A stretch of DNA of 63,969 nucleotides, filler included, from Vicugna vicugna (taxonomy: Eukaryota): the NCBI GenBank assembly GCA_013265495.1. It is 79 parts of 77 records of this genome, joined end to end, with 100 filler letters (N's around TTAATTAATTAA, not from the genome) between each part and the next. Parts side by side here need not be neighbours in the genome. Positions count along the whole stretch, not along the records: positions 11,561 to 12,402 come from PNXW01018716.1; positions 12,503 to 12,703 come from MU061371.1; positions 12,804 to 12,931 come from MU061371.1; positions 13,032 to 13,511 come from MU061372.1; positions 13,612 to 14,338 come from PNXW01018721.1; positions 14,439 to 15,567 come from MU061373.1; positions 15,668 to 16,168 come from PNXW01018727.1; positions 16,269 to 16,844 come from PNXW01018728.1; 71 more parts are not named here. One strand, 5' to 3'. Shown piece by piece: positions 12,271 through 24,193 of the stretch (positions within the stretch are counted from its first letter, which is position 1; each line of letters begins with the position of its first letter). Under the pieces are notes generated by a model. It saw nothing but the letters and a program-made list of their open reading frames with translations. It had not been told where the DNA came from and did not search any database. Position numbers and translations under genes: made by a program.

Positions 12271-12502
12271 CTAAAGAAGTCAAATACAATTCCTTGATTT
12301 GACCCATTTTAATTATTCACAAGAAATATCATGCACAAAATTTTGCAATTGATGATTTAAGATTAATATAAAAAAAGAGAAACAAAATATGAGGTCAAGC
12401 TANNNNNNNNNNNNNNNNNNNNNNNNNNNNNNNNNNNNNNNNNNNNTTAATTAATTAANNNNNNNNNNNNNNNNNNNNNNNNNNNNNNNNNNNNNNNNNN
12501 NN

Positions 12503-12931
12503 TGACTGAAGAGATCTTCATGGAGTTGTCTCTCGAGCTCCCCCTCGAACTGAAAAAGTTTCCGGAATCCTGAGTGTGGGGAAGTTCCATCAACGGTCGG
12601 CAGCGCGTGGGTTCTAACGGAATGCCTAAGCTCGTCTCCCCTGAGGGTTTTCCTAATGTCTGTGTGCCAGGGAATGCTAGGGGTTATTGCAGTATATCCC
12701 AGTNNNNNNNNNNNNNNNNNNNNNNNNNNNNNNNNNNNNNNNNNNNNTTAATTAATTAANNNNNNNNNNNNNNNNNNNNNNNNNNNNNNNNNNNNNNNNN
12801 NNNCCCACGCACTGACATTGGTTCCGGAATCATGAGCGTGGGTAGATTCCACCAACGGTCGGCAGCGCATGGGTTCTAACTGAATGCCTATGCTCGTCCC
12901 CCTGAGGGTTTTCCTAATATCTCTGTGCCAG
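12503..12931 (+). repeat. Satellite D fragments (12503-12703, 12804-12931)
   Basis: ttccggaatcctgag...gggttctaacggaatgcctaagctcgtctcccctgagggttttcc, same as 40633-41255. Confidence 0.92.
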
Positions 12932-13765
12932 NNNNNNNNNNNNNNNNNNNNNNNNNNNNNNNNNNNNNNNNNNNNTTAATTAATTAANNNNNNNNNNNNN
13001 NNNNNNNNNNNNNNNNNNNNNNNNNNNNNNNTAAGACTTCATTAGCAATCATCCCAGTTCAAATCCAGAAAAGATACCATTTATATTGACAACAAAGGCA
13101 CAGACTATCCAGAAATAAATTAATGAAAAATGTTAAAATGATTCTGATAAATGACTTTAAAAAAGAAAAAAATGATGATTGAATGAACAGTAGAATGCAC
13201 CACCCTCTTCAGTTGGCAGACTCAAATTTGGGGAACATAGAACATTTTTTCTCCAAAATCAATTTATTTCTGNNNNNNNNNNNNNNNNNNNNNNNNNNNN
13301 NNNNNNNNNNNNNNNNNNNNNNNNNNNNNNNNNNNNNNNNNNNNNNNNNNNNNNNNNNNNNNNNNNNNNNNNNNNNNNNNNNNNNNNNNNNNNNNNNNNN
13401 NNNNNNGTATTAGGGATGGAAAAGGATAAAATAGGACCAACTGTAGGAGGTATTAATCTATGTTCGTGGAAACAGTATAGAAATAGTGCACTGAGAGTAT
13501 AAATGAAATAGNNNNNNNNNNNNNNNNNNNNNNNNNNNNNNNNNNNNNNNNNNNNTTAATTAATTAANNNNNNNNNNNNNNNNNNNNNNNNNNNNNNNNN
13601 NNNNNNNNNNNAAAAAAATTTAAAAAGTTACTTTTCTAATTTGTTATTGCTGATAGAGAGAAAAAAATACTATTGGTTTTCGTAAGTTTACTTAGTTTTC
13701 ATTAACTCATTTACTCTGTCCGTTTTACAGCTGTCTTTTCCAAGCTGCGTTAATTAGTGCAGCTA

Positions 13766-14330
13766 ACATTTATTGAGAGTCTACTTTGTACCAGGCACTC
13801 TACTAGCCACTTGCAGTGGATCAGATAACAGAATGTTCCCTTGGAAATTGTATTCCATCTATAACCCTTGGAATTGTAACATCATGAGGACAGATAGACA
13901 AGCAATAAACAATAATAAGTAAATGATGCATTATAATAGAAGTGAAACATGCCAGTGAAAAGAAAATCAGGGCAAAGGGGACTAGGGATGTGGGAAAGTG
14001 CTTGCAGTCATATTCGGAAGCTCAGGATAGACCTGGCTGAATAGATGACAGTGAACAAAGATTTAAAGGAGAGGAGTGAATATGTGACGTGGCGAAGAGC
14101 CTTCCAGCAGGAGGATCAGACAGTGCAAAGGCCTGCTGGCTTTTGCTGTCACAGTTGCATTTTGGCAACTATGCTGGGAATAGGAAAGGCAAGAGAGAAG
14201 GCACAGGGCTACCAGTGAGGAGGCGATTTCAGTAATCCACATGAAAGATGCTGGCTTTGACCAGGCCGTACCAGTGGAGATGATGAGAAATAACTGGATT
14301 TGGTATATATTTTGAAAATTTGACAGTTTT
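13766..14330 (-). mobile_element. LINE-2 3' fragment
   Basis: aacatttattgagagtctactttgtaccaggcact is the antisense L2 3' end, followed by typical L2 body (cagtgcaaaggcctg, ggatttggtatatattttgaa). Confidence 0.75.
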
Positions 14331-14736
14331 TTTTTTTTNNNNNNNNNNNNNNNNNNNNNNNNNNNNNNNNNNNNNNNNNNNNTTAATTAATTAANNNNNN
14401 NNNNNNNNNNNNNNNNNNNNNNNNNNNNNNNNNNNNNNACGCGAGGCTTGTTGTGGATGGTGGATCTTAGGTAACCGGGCAGATATCTGTGGGTGGATCT
14501 GTGTGATAGAGGGGCTGCCGCCCTCTGTGGAGCTTGGCTTAAGTCTTTGGTCCTGGAATCTGTGTAAGTTGGAGATACTGCTGCTGACCAAAGACCTGAG
14601 ATCACGGGTCAGTTTCCAGAACCTAAAAGGGCAGACAGTGGAAGATCTGCCTGTAATCACCTGACTGGTGAGGCTCCGAGGTACNNNNNNNNNNNNNNNN
14701 NNNNNNNNNNNNNNNNNNNNNNNNNNNNNNNNNNNN

Positions 14737-15085
14737 AAAGCTGGCTGCACGGATTGAGGAGAGATGCGAACACATGGATGAGAGATGTTCTGCTACAATG
14801 GAGAATACTGGCGTGGAGACAGCTGTAGAGGATACCAGGCTCAAAAGACATTCATGAGACATATTGAACCTCACTGATACTGGCAGAAACATACGTAATG
14901 CCAAAGTGGACTTGAGGAAGTTTCTCAATTCTCTTCTCCAAGAAAGGGTCGAAGGTCCCTGACGTCTGCAAGAGAAGAGATGGCAGAGATGATCAAAACG
15001 CTCCTGTTCTTGGAAGAGGTCGTGAGAATCCACACGTCCCAAGGGGCCTTCCCAAGCCATTCAGACCAAAATTCACCAAGCCCAG
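14737..15085 (+). pseudogene. Multicopy exon-like segment, copy 1 (paralog at 35167-35364)
   Basis: 198 nt colinear without indels with copy 2 (about 86% by hand count); both end in CAG|GTAAGC; disrupted frame ...EEMAEMIKTLLFLEEVVRIHTSQGAFPSH. Product not recognised. Confidence 0.4.
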
Positions 15086-16944
15086 GTAAGCAAAGCANNN
15101 NNNNNNNNNNNNNNNNNNNNNNNNNNNNNNNNNNNNNNNNNNNNNNNNNNNNNNNNNNNNNNNNNNNNNNNNNNNNNNNNNNNNNNNNNNNNNNNNNNNN
15201 NNNNNNNNNNNNNNNNNNNNNNNNNNNNNNNNNNNNNNNNNNNNNNNNNNNNNNNNNNNNNNNNNNNNNNNNNNNNNNNNNNNNNNNNNNNNNNNNNNNN
15301 NNNNNNNNNNNNNNNNNNNNNNNNNNNNNNNNNNNNNNNNNNNNNNNNNNNNNNNNNNNNNNNNNNNNNNNNNNNNNNNNNNNNNNNNNNNNNNNNNNNN
15401 NNNNNNNNNNNNNNNNNNNNNNNNNNNNNNNNNNNNNNNNNNNNNNNNNNNNNNNNNNAGTATAGGTATACTAGTCAGAAAGGGAACTGTACAGTAAAAG
15501 TCGCCAATGACATTAAAGAACAAGCTTATGTGGACCGTCTTTCACTTGAGTCAAGCCCCCGGGGGCANNNNNNNNNNNNNNNNNNNNNNNNNNNNNNNNN
15601 NNNNNNNNNNNTTAATTAATTAANNNNNNNNNNNNNNNNNNNNNNNNNNNNNNNNNNNNNNNNNNNNTTTCATGGAATAATCTCTTAAGAATGGGATTGA
15701 GATTTTAAAATTGGAATTTATAAGTTACTTAAAAATATTTTTTCTTTACATGTAAATAATCATATTCCCATTGGAACGTCTGTAAACCTGATGAGGTTGG
15801 GCGTGGCTGTAGTTGAATAGATTATGCAGATTGCAGACAGTATGGCATCATTCTCCCCAGCATGTTTCCTTAAAAATGCAATTGATTCAGTAGCTAGCTA
15901 CATGGTTCTCTGTGGAGTCGTGTTGAGAGTGTTCAGAGGAGTATCGGAGCAATAAAGTAACTACAGACAGCCTGGTAGACAGTGTGACGGAAACAAAATT
16001 CTTGGAAAATGTAAATGTTTGAAGTGAGTTTTAGAGAATTAATCTTTTGAAGAAGTCAAGGCGGATTATTTTAAAGAGTGTGAACACAAAGGGCTGAGGA
16101 GGAAGGGGCTAATTTTTATATAATTTATATGATATGTTTAAGTTCAGATACTGCTATAAGTTTTTACANNNNNNNNNNNNNNNNNNNNNNNNNNNNNNNN
16201 NNNNNNNNNNNNTTAATTAATTAANNNNNNNNNNNNNNNNNNNNNNNNNNNNNNNNNNNNNNNNNNNNAGGAGGGCCAAGTGCTGCCTTTCCAGCTCCCT
16301 GTGGAAATCCCAGCCTCAGAATTAGAATCCCTTCCATCTCCACGGTCTGATGGGAAAAGGCAGCCCCCAGAACCTGCTGAAGCCCTCTGCTAGTGCTTGG
16401 GACGTAGGTTCATAGGCCAGGCTGACGCCAGGCCTGGGGCAAGCGGAGCTAAGGGGTCTGAGATCTGATGGGAGCACTGTCCAGTGCGGGCTCTGCTGGT
16501 GACGTTCACTGGGGAACTCAGCCTCTCAGAGCTGGAAAATACCCTCCTCAGAGGGAGGCTGGGAGGATGGAACCACCCATCAGTGGCCTTCGAGGGTGGC
16601 ACGAGGTGCCCTCTGTGACCAAGGAGTGAGGGCTGGGCTCAGCACGGCCAGCTCCCTCCTCAGAGGAAACTGGATTCCGATCTAGGAGTCTTCACTCCAC
16701 ATTAGACCCAAGCACGGTCGGCCAGCCAGGCCGGTCCGGGGCCTGCACTGCACGCGGGCCCTGCCCCACACACAGCACCGGGGCTGCAACACACCTTGAG
16801 GGCTGGCCTCCTCCCTACCTGAGGGCCATGTTGGGACCCCCACTNNNNNNNNNNNNNNNNNNNNNNNNNNNNNNNNNNNNNNNNNNNNTTAATTAATTAA
16901 NNNNNNNNNNNNNNNNNNNNNNNNNNNNNNNNNNNNNNNNNNNN

Positions 16945-17721
16945 ATTCTATATTATATATTCTGTGTTCTACGTTCTATATTCTAAATTATATATTCATT
17001 ATTCTATATTCTATTTTCTAAATTCTGTGTGCTGCATTCCATGTTCTAAATTCTGGATTCTATATTCTCTATTCTATATTCTATATTCTGTGTTCTACAT
17101 NNNNNNNNNNNNNNNNNNNNNNNNNNNNNNNNNNNNNNNNTATAAATTATATATTCAGTATTCTGTATTCTACATTCTAAATTCTGTGTTCTGCATTCTA
17201 TGTTCTAAATTCTATATTCATTATTCTGTATTCTATATTCTAAATTCTGTGTTCTGCATTCTATCTTCTAAATTCTATATTCATATATCTGTATTTTGTA
17301 TTCTATATTCTGTATTTTATATTCTGTGATCATCATTCCATGTTCTAAATTCTGTGTTCTCTATTCTCTATTCTATATTCTATATTGTGTTTTCTTCATT
17401 TTATACTCTACATGCGATATTTTGCATTCCGTAATCTATATTCTAATTTTTTAGTTATAATTCTAAATTCTAAACTCTATATTCAGTATTCTATTTTCTT
17501 TATTCTAAATTCTGTATCCTGCATTCTATGTTCTAAATTCTGGGTTCTGTATTTTGTTTCCCATATTCTAAATTCTGTGTTCTACATTCTATATTCTAAA
17601 TTCTATATTCAGTATTTGTATTCTATATTCTAAATTCTGTGTTCTGCATTATATATTCTAAATCCTTTATTACCTTTATTCATAATTCTGTATTCTATAT
17701 TCCAAATTCTGTGTTCAGCAT
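16945..17721 (+). repeat. Simple satellite E, 7-bp TTCTATA-based
   Basis: Degenerate ttctata/ttctaaa/ttctgtg/ttctgca heptamers. Confidence 0.95.
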
Positions 17722-18759
17722 NNNNNNNNNNNNNNNNNNNNNNNNNNNNNNNNNNNNNNNNNNNNTTAATTAATTAANNNNNNNNNNNNNNNNNNNNNNN
17801 NNNNNNNNNNNNNNNNNNNNNAGCCTGGACTCCATCTACTTGCGACACTTACATCTGTTCTGCTCCCCACACAGAATGGGATGGACTCATTCAGATATTC
17901 TGACCTGTCTCAAGCGAGAGAAATTCAGTGAAATATGAAGTGTCCACATTTGGACCAGAGCATGAAAGGAGAAACAAGGCCTCATGGACAGCATGATGGT
18001 GGTGGTGAAACTCTTCCCCCGGGTGAGATGTACCAGGGTAGGAGTGAGAATACAAGGTCCTAGGTCGGCCAAAGCATCTTCCTTCATGGTTGACTGGGAT
18101 GTTGGGGACTCACTACCGCAAACTAACAACAAGGCCGTCAGTGTTGGACATCAGCTGCAACAGACATGGAGTCAGCTATTTACTGCAAACATGGGTTAAA
18201 AGTAAAGGCCGGGGCAGGGAGGCCTGCACGGCTGCTGAGGCAAACCACAGACCCGGCTCTGAATGCCCACTGGCTGAAGCAGAGAGGAAGCTACGGTCCC
18301 CTTTAGCAGTCCTTGTGTCCACGAGATCCAGGTGAGCCAGCTACTAAGGAGAAGGCTTTGTAGTCCTGATACTCAGAAGAACCAGCCTCTTAAAGGGAAC
18401 AAAAGAGTGGCATGGATTTTAGACACAATTCTGCCCCTTTATGAAGGTAAAATAAAGTTAATGGCACAGGGAAGTTGAACGCAAAAAAAAAATTATATAA
18501 CAAAATGATGACTGCTTCCTCCAACAGCGTCCCCTGCAGCCGCTCACACCCGAGCCGGCCACATCCCCAACAGGGACCGCCGGCCAGGAAGCTCCATCAC
18601 GCATGTCACGCACATCACGCACGTCACACAGCGACAGCCAGGAACCACGTGCCGAGCACNNNNNNNNNNNNNNNNNNNNNNNNNNNNNNNNNNNNNNNNN
18701 NNNTTAATTAATTAANNNNNNNNNNNNNNNNNNNNNNNNNNNNNNNNNNNNNNNNNNNN

Positions 18760-19194
18760 ACTTACAAGCTTCTGCACAGTAAAGACGCCGGAAGTTATAC
18801 AACAAGACAACATATGGAATGGGAAAAAAATTTGCATATGGAACCGTCAAAGGCTTGATCTCCAGAGTATATAAGCATATCATCCAACTGAATAAGAAAA
18901 AATAAGCAATCCAATCCAAAATTGGGCAGAAGACCTAAACAAGAAATTCTCCAAAGAAGACATACAAATGATCAAAAGGGACATCAGAAAATGTTCAATA
19001 TCATTGATTATCAGAGAAATGCAAATCAAAACTGCAATTAGATATCACCTCACATCAGTCAGAATGGCTATCATTCAAAAATCCACAAATGACAAGTGCT
19101 GAATCCACAAATGACAAGTGCTGGAGAGGCTGTGGAGTAAAGGGAACAGTCCTTCACTGCTGGGGGCAATGCAGGTTGGTGAAGCCACTGTGGA
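18760..19194 (+). mobile_element. LINE-1 ORF2 3' fragment, degenerate
   Basis: gggcagaagacctaaacaag...gaaatgcaaatcaaaact...gctggagaggctgtggag; C-terminal ORF2 region. Confidence 0.9.
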
Positions 19195-19294
19195 NNNNNN
19201 NNNNNNNNNNNNNNNNNNNNNNNNNNNNNNNNNNNNNNTTAATTAATTAANNNNNNNNNNNNNNNNNNNNNNNNNNNNNNNNNNNNNNNNNNNN

Positions 19295-20428
19295 CATATT
19301 TCATTGGGCACAGGTATTCACAGATTGTGGTTTGTAGGATAAACACCTGCATAGCACATGGAGAGGAAATCGCTAATACCTGTTTTAAGAGCCCAAACCT
19401 CACTTTCCCCCGCCCTCAGGCCTAGGCAAACCATCAGTGAAGTCAAGCTAAGGGATTCCATTAGAACTCACGGAATGCTCTCAGTTGGAGGAACTTCCCC
19501 CACTCAGGATTCCAGAACCCANNNNNNNNNNNNNNNNNNNNNNNNNNNNNNNNNNNNNNNNNNNNNNNNNNNNNNNNNNNNNNNNNNNNNNNNNNNNNNN
19601 NNNNNNNNNNNNNNNNNNNNNNNNNNNNNNNNNNNNNNNNNNNNNNNNNNNNNNNNNNNNNNNNNNNNNNNNNNNNNNNNNNNNNNNNNNNNNNNNNNNN
19701 NNNNNNNNNNNNNNNNNNNNNNNNNNNNNNNNNNNNNNNNNNNNNNNNNNNNNNNNNNNNNNNNNNNNNNNNNNNNNNNNNNNNNNNNNNNNNNNNNNNN
19801 NNNNNNNNNNNNNNNNNNNNNNNNNNNNNNNNNNNNNNNNNNNNNNNNNNNNNNNNNNNNNNNNNNNNNNNNNNNNNNNNNNNNNNNNNNNNNNNNNNNN
19901 NNNNNNNNNNNNNNNNNNNNNNNNNNNNNNNNNNNNNNNNNNNNNNNNNNNNNNNNNNNNNNNNNNNNNNNNNNNNNNNNNNNNNNNNNNNNNNNNNNNN
20001 NNNNNNNNNNNNNNNNNNNNNNNNNNNNNNNNNNNNNNNNNNNNNNNNNNNNNNNNNNNNNNNNNNNNNNNNNNNNNNNNNNNNNNNNNNNNNNNNNNNN
20101 NNNNNNNNNNNNNNNNNNNNNNNNNNNNNNNNNNNNNNNNNNNNNNNNNNNNNNNNNNNNNNNNNNNNNNNNNNNNNNNNNNNNNNNNNNNNNNNNNNNN
20201 NNNNNNNNNNNNNNNNNNNNNNNNNNNNNNNNNNNNNNNNNNNNNNNNNNNNNNNNNNNNNNNNNNNNNNNNNNNNNNNNNNNNNNNNNNNNNNNNNNNN
20301 NNNNNNNNNNNNNNNNNNNNNNNNNNNNNNNNNNNNNNNNNNNNNNNNNNNNNNNNNNNNNNNNNNNNNTCCCATTTTGGGGTTTGTTGGTTAAACACCT
20401 CCACTTCCCATGCAGAGGCATTCGCTAA
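19295..20428 (-). repeat. Satellite C
   Basis: caagctaagggattccattagaac is the reverse complement of the C motif. Confidence 0.88.
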
Positions 20429-20879
20429 NNNNNNNNNNNNNNNNNNNNNNNNNNNNNNNNNNNNNNNNNNNNTTAATTAATTAANNNNNNNNNNNNNNNN
20501 NNNNNNNNNNNNNNNNNNNNNNNNNNNNTCTAGAAGATAAGTTTGTAGTTAGTTTAAAATACAAAACTGTCAGGTTTTGAAAGCCTTGAACATTGCTAAA
20601 TCATCCAAATTTCAAAGAGACCCAATTAGCCTTCTCTGTAGAACGTAATTTCCCATGATGGCAAAGCAAACCCTAAGAAGTAGTGGATCCAAGACTCGTG
20701 TTTATCACTACCTATGATCGTTTTTAAACACGTAAACAGATTCAGAAACGTATGTCCCTACGACATTTATTCTTATTGAAATAGCATATGTATTCAATTG
20801 TCTATGCAGAAAATAGGTCCCATGATGGTGTTTAAGAACTATTTTGTGTATTGAAATATTTATTATTAAGTGCAGACAA

Positions 20880-21027
20880 GGAGGGTGGGTATTACTCCGT
20901 TTTAGAGCACCTGTTGAGCATGCACATGTTCCTGGCTTCAATCCCACTGGCTTCAATCCCCAGTATCTTCATGAAAATAAATAAACACAAGTGCTTATTT
21001 AAAAATAAGAATAAATTTATAAAAAAA
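20880..21027 (+). mobile_element. tRNA-derived SINE, camelid Vic-1 type
   Basis: ggagggtgggtattactccgttttagagcacctgttgagcatgcac...cctggcttcaatccccagtatcttcat plus AATAAATAAA tail: degenerate Pol III A and B boxes, matching the Vic-1 consensus as I recall it. Confidence 0.7.
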
Positions 21028-21430
21028 TGCATACTGAAAACCACTGCAATCTAGGAGCCACTATTATAATAAAAAACAAGTGTTTCTATCAAATATTGAC
21101 TATATGCCAATCACAGATACAACCACAAATCACACCTGACAACCATCACGTGTGATTCTCAGCAACCCTACTAAGTAGACACGGATGAGGAACCCGGCTC
21201 TGCGGATGAGGAGATGGAGCTCGGAGGAGCCGGGGACGCTGACCGTCCTGCTCCCAGTGACACCACGTCAGCCCAGGGCAAGCATTGACAGTGCTGCTCT
21301 GAGGGGACACCCAGCTGCATGGAAACTTGGNNNNNNNNNNNNNNNNNNNNNNNNNNNNNNNNNNNNNNNNNNNNTTAATTAATTAANNNNNNNNNNNNNN
21401 NNNNNNNNNNNNNNNNNNNNNNNNNNNNNN

Positions 21431-21900
21431 CAGCTTTGATTTCTTCATTGACCCATTTGTTTTTTAATAACATTGTTTAATCTCCATGTCTTCCTTTTTT
21501 TCTCCTTTGTTTCTCTGTTTTGATTTCTAGCTTCATGTCATTGTGGTCAGTAAAGATGCTTGAGGTAGTTTCTATATTCTTAAAATTGCTGAGGTTTCCT
21601 TTGTGCCCAACTATATCATGAATCCTGGAAAATATCCCATGTGCACTTGAGAAGAATGTATGTACTATTTTAGTACTATTTTACGGGGGGTGCAATGCTC
21701 TGAAAATATCCACCAAGTTTATTATTTCTATTGTATTATTTCACTTCTCTTTTGCCTAATATATTTTCTGTTTCAGTGATCTGTACAGTGATGTTAATGC
21801 AGTGTTGAAGTCTCCAGCTGTGATTAGAATCCCATTGCTATCCCCCTTTATATCCGTTAGCAATTATTTTATGTGCTTAGGTGTTCATCTATTTGGTGCA
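21431..21900 (-). mobile_element. LINE-1 ORF2 endonuclease-region fragment
   Basis: cccatgtgcacttgagaagaatgta and ttgtggtcagtaaagatgcttga are antisense L1 EN-domain motifs. Confidence 0.88.
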
Positions 21901-22000
21901 NNNNNNNNNNNNNNNNNNNNNNNNNNNNNNNNNNNNNNNNNNNNTTAATTAATTAANNNNNNNNNNNNNNNNNNNNNNNNNNNNNNNNNNNNNNNNNNNN

Positions 22001-22734
22001 TTAGAATATACAATGTAGAACACAGAATATAGAATCTAGAATACGGAATGCAGAAAATAGAATTCAGAATATAGAATGTAGGACACAGAATTTAGAATAT
22101 AGAAAACAGAATACTGAATATAAAATTTCGAATATAGAATGTAGAACAAAGTATTTAGTATATGGAATAAGGAATACTGAATATAGAATTCAGTATATAG
22201 AATGTAGAACACAGAATATAGAATAGAGAATAGAGAATAGAGAACACACAATTTAGAACATGGAATGCAGGAAACAGAATTTAGAATATAGAATACAGAA
22301 TACTGAATATAGAATTTATGATGTAGAATGTAGAACACATAGTATAGAATATGGAAAACAGAATACAAAACCCAGAATTGAGAAAATGGAATGCAGAACA
22401 CAGAATTTAGAATATAGAAAACAGAATACTGAATATAGAATTTAAAATATAAAATGTAGAACACATTATATAGAATATAGACTACGGAATGCAGAATATA
22501 GAATATAGAATGATGAACACAAAATATAGAATAGAGAATAGAGAATATAGAACTCAGAATTTAGAGAACCTGGAATGTAGAACACAGAATTGAGAATATA
22601 GAATATAGAATACTTAATATCGAATTTAGAATATTGAATGTAGAACATAGAAAATGGAAAGTAGAATACGCAAGGCAGAATATTGAATGCAGATTATAGA
22701 ATGTAGAACACAGAATTTAGAATATTGAAAAGAG
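22001..22734 (-). repeat. Simple satellite E
   Basis: (tatagaa)-based heptamers. Confidence 0.95.
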
Positions 22735-23907
22735 NNNNNNNNNNNNNNNNNNNNNNNNNNNNNNNNNNNNNNNNNNNNTTAATTAATTAANNNNNNNNNN
22801 NNNNNNNNNNNNNNNNNNNNNNNNNNNNNNNNNNTTTAGTTTTGTTGCAATTACAATCATTTCTTTATCATGAAATCAGGTGCTTTTCATGACAACATAT
22901 CTTGTTGTAGGTCTGTTTGTGATTCTCTTGTTAGGATCCCACTGTGTTTCCTGTATTGGGAGAGCTGATTCTTTCTTCAGTTTGGGAAATGTTAGTCTGA
23001 TTCCTTCAGTTCCCTTTTCCAAACCCTTTTNNNNNNNNNNNNNNNNNNNNNNNNNNNNNNNNNNNNNNNNNNNNNNNNNNNNNNNNNNNNNNNNNNNNNN
23101 NNNNNNNNNNNNNNNNNNNNNNNNNNNNNNNNNNNNNNNNNNNNNNNNNNNNNNNNNNNNNNNNNNNNNNNNNNNNNNNNNNNNNNNNNNNNNNNNNNNN
23201 NNNNNNNNNNTATCTTGTCAAAGTGTAGAGCATAATTTTTCAGTTATACGTGAACACGCATATATTCATTATCACATTTGTTTTCTCTGTGAGCTACCAT
23301 AAGACCTTGTATATATNNNNNNNNNNNNNNNNNNNNNNNNNNNNNNNNNNNNNNNNNNNNTTAATTAATTAANNNNNNNNNNNNNNNNNNNNNNNNNNNN
23401 NNNNNNNNNNNNNNNNCTCAGGGAGAGCCTGGGGTGCAAGATCCCCATCGCTTCTGCTTCACGAGCCCTTCAATAGAAACACCAATAAGTGTCCCCGAAC
23501 CTCTACACAGAGCACCCCAGAATCAGGGACCACAGGGACAAGGGGACCATCCTGCTTAGGAGGTAGGATGGGCGACGGGTGGACACACCAGCTCTCCTTT
23601 GATGTGAAGATGAGAAGAGATTGAATCTCTAACTAACTCCAGTACTTCAGGACCCTGTCCCCAGTTTTGACATACAACATAGAAAATAAATTTTGTGATT
23701 ATTAGCAAGTGATATCTTGATTTTGGCACAGGACGACAGGGACATCCAATGATGGCTAAATTTCCATGGCTCTGTAATAGTTAGTGAGTACTGAGTAAGA
23801 AAAACATAACAGTGTTAATTTTCCTAGATTGGCTCTGTGTCCAGGGATAGAGAAGTGTCTAGAATCAAGTCCAGGTCAGGGGGTGGGGGAAGCAGGGGCA
23901 GGAGCAG

Positions 23908-23915
23908 ATTTGCAT
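23908..23915 (+). promoter_or_regulatory. Immunoglobulin light-chain promoter octamer ATTTGCAT (TATA-like ATAAGA at 23951-23956)
   Basis: Exact octamer in light-chain orientation about 110 bp upstream of a V leader ATG. Confidence 0.9.
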
Positions 23916-24020
23916 GGAGGCCCCGCCCTCCTCTGCAGCAGGGGGAGGGGATAAGAGAGGTCTGGGGGACCAGGACCAGGGCTAGGGGCTCAGAAGGCAG
24001 CGCTCTGGGGCATCTCCACC

Positions 24021-24193
24021 ATGGCCTGGGCTCTGCTCCTTGTCACCCTCCTCACTCAGGGCACAGGATAGGTGAGGCTCCAGGGAAGGGTCACGGGGAC
24101 TTCTGGCTAACCCTTTCTTTCTCTGTCCACAGGGTGACCTGCGGCTCGGCCGTAAACTGACCAGTGTGATTTTGCTCTTTTCAGGGTCCTGGG
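24021..24193 (+). pseudogene. IGLV2: Immunoglobulin lambda variable gene, IGLV2-type: leader exon MAWALLLVTLLTQGT, intron, start of V exon (GSW); leader disrupted; truncated by scaffold end
   Basis: ccaccATGGCCTGGGCTCTGCTC...CAGGGCACAG at 24021-24066; acceptor ttttcag| at 24184 then GGTCCTGGG; extra GATAG (24067-24071) before GTGAGG gives an in-frame TAG. Confidence 0.88.

Noticed and set aside
22036..22648. Tyr/Phe/Ile/Ser-rich ORFs (also 16964-17633, 52703-53347)
   Set aside because: Translations of the heptamer satellite.
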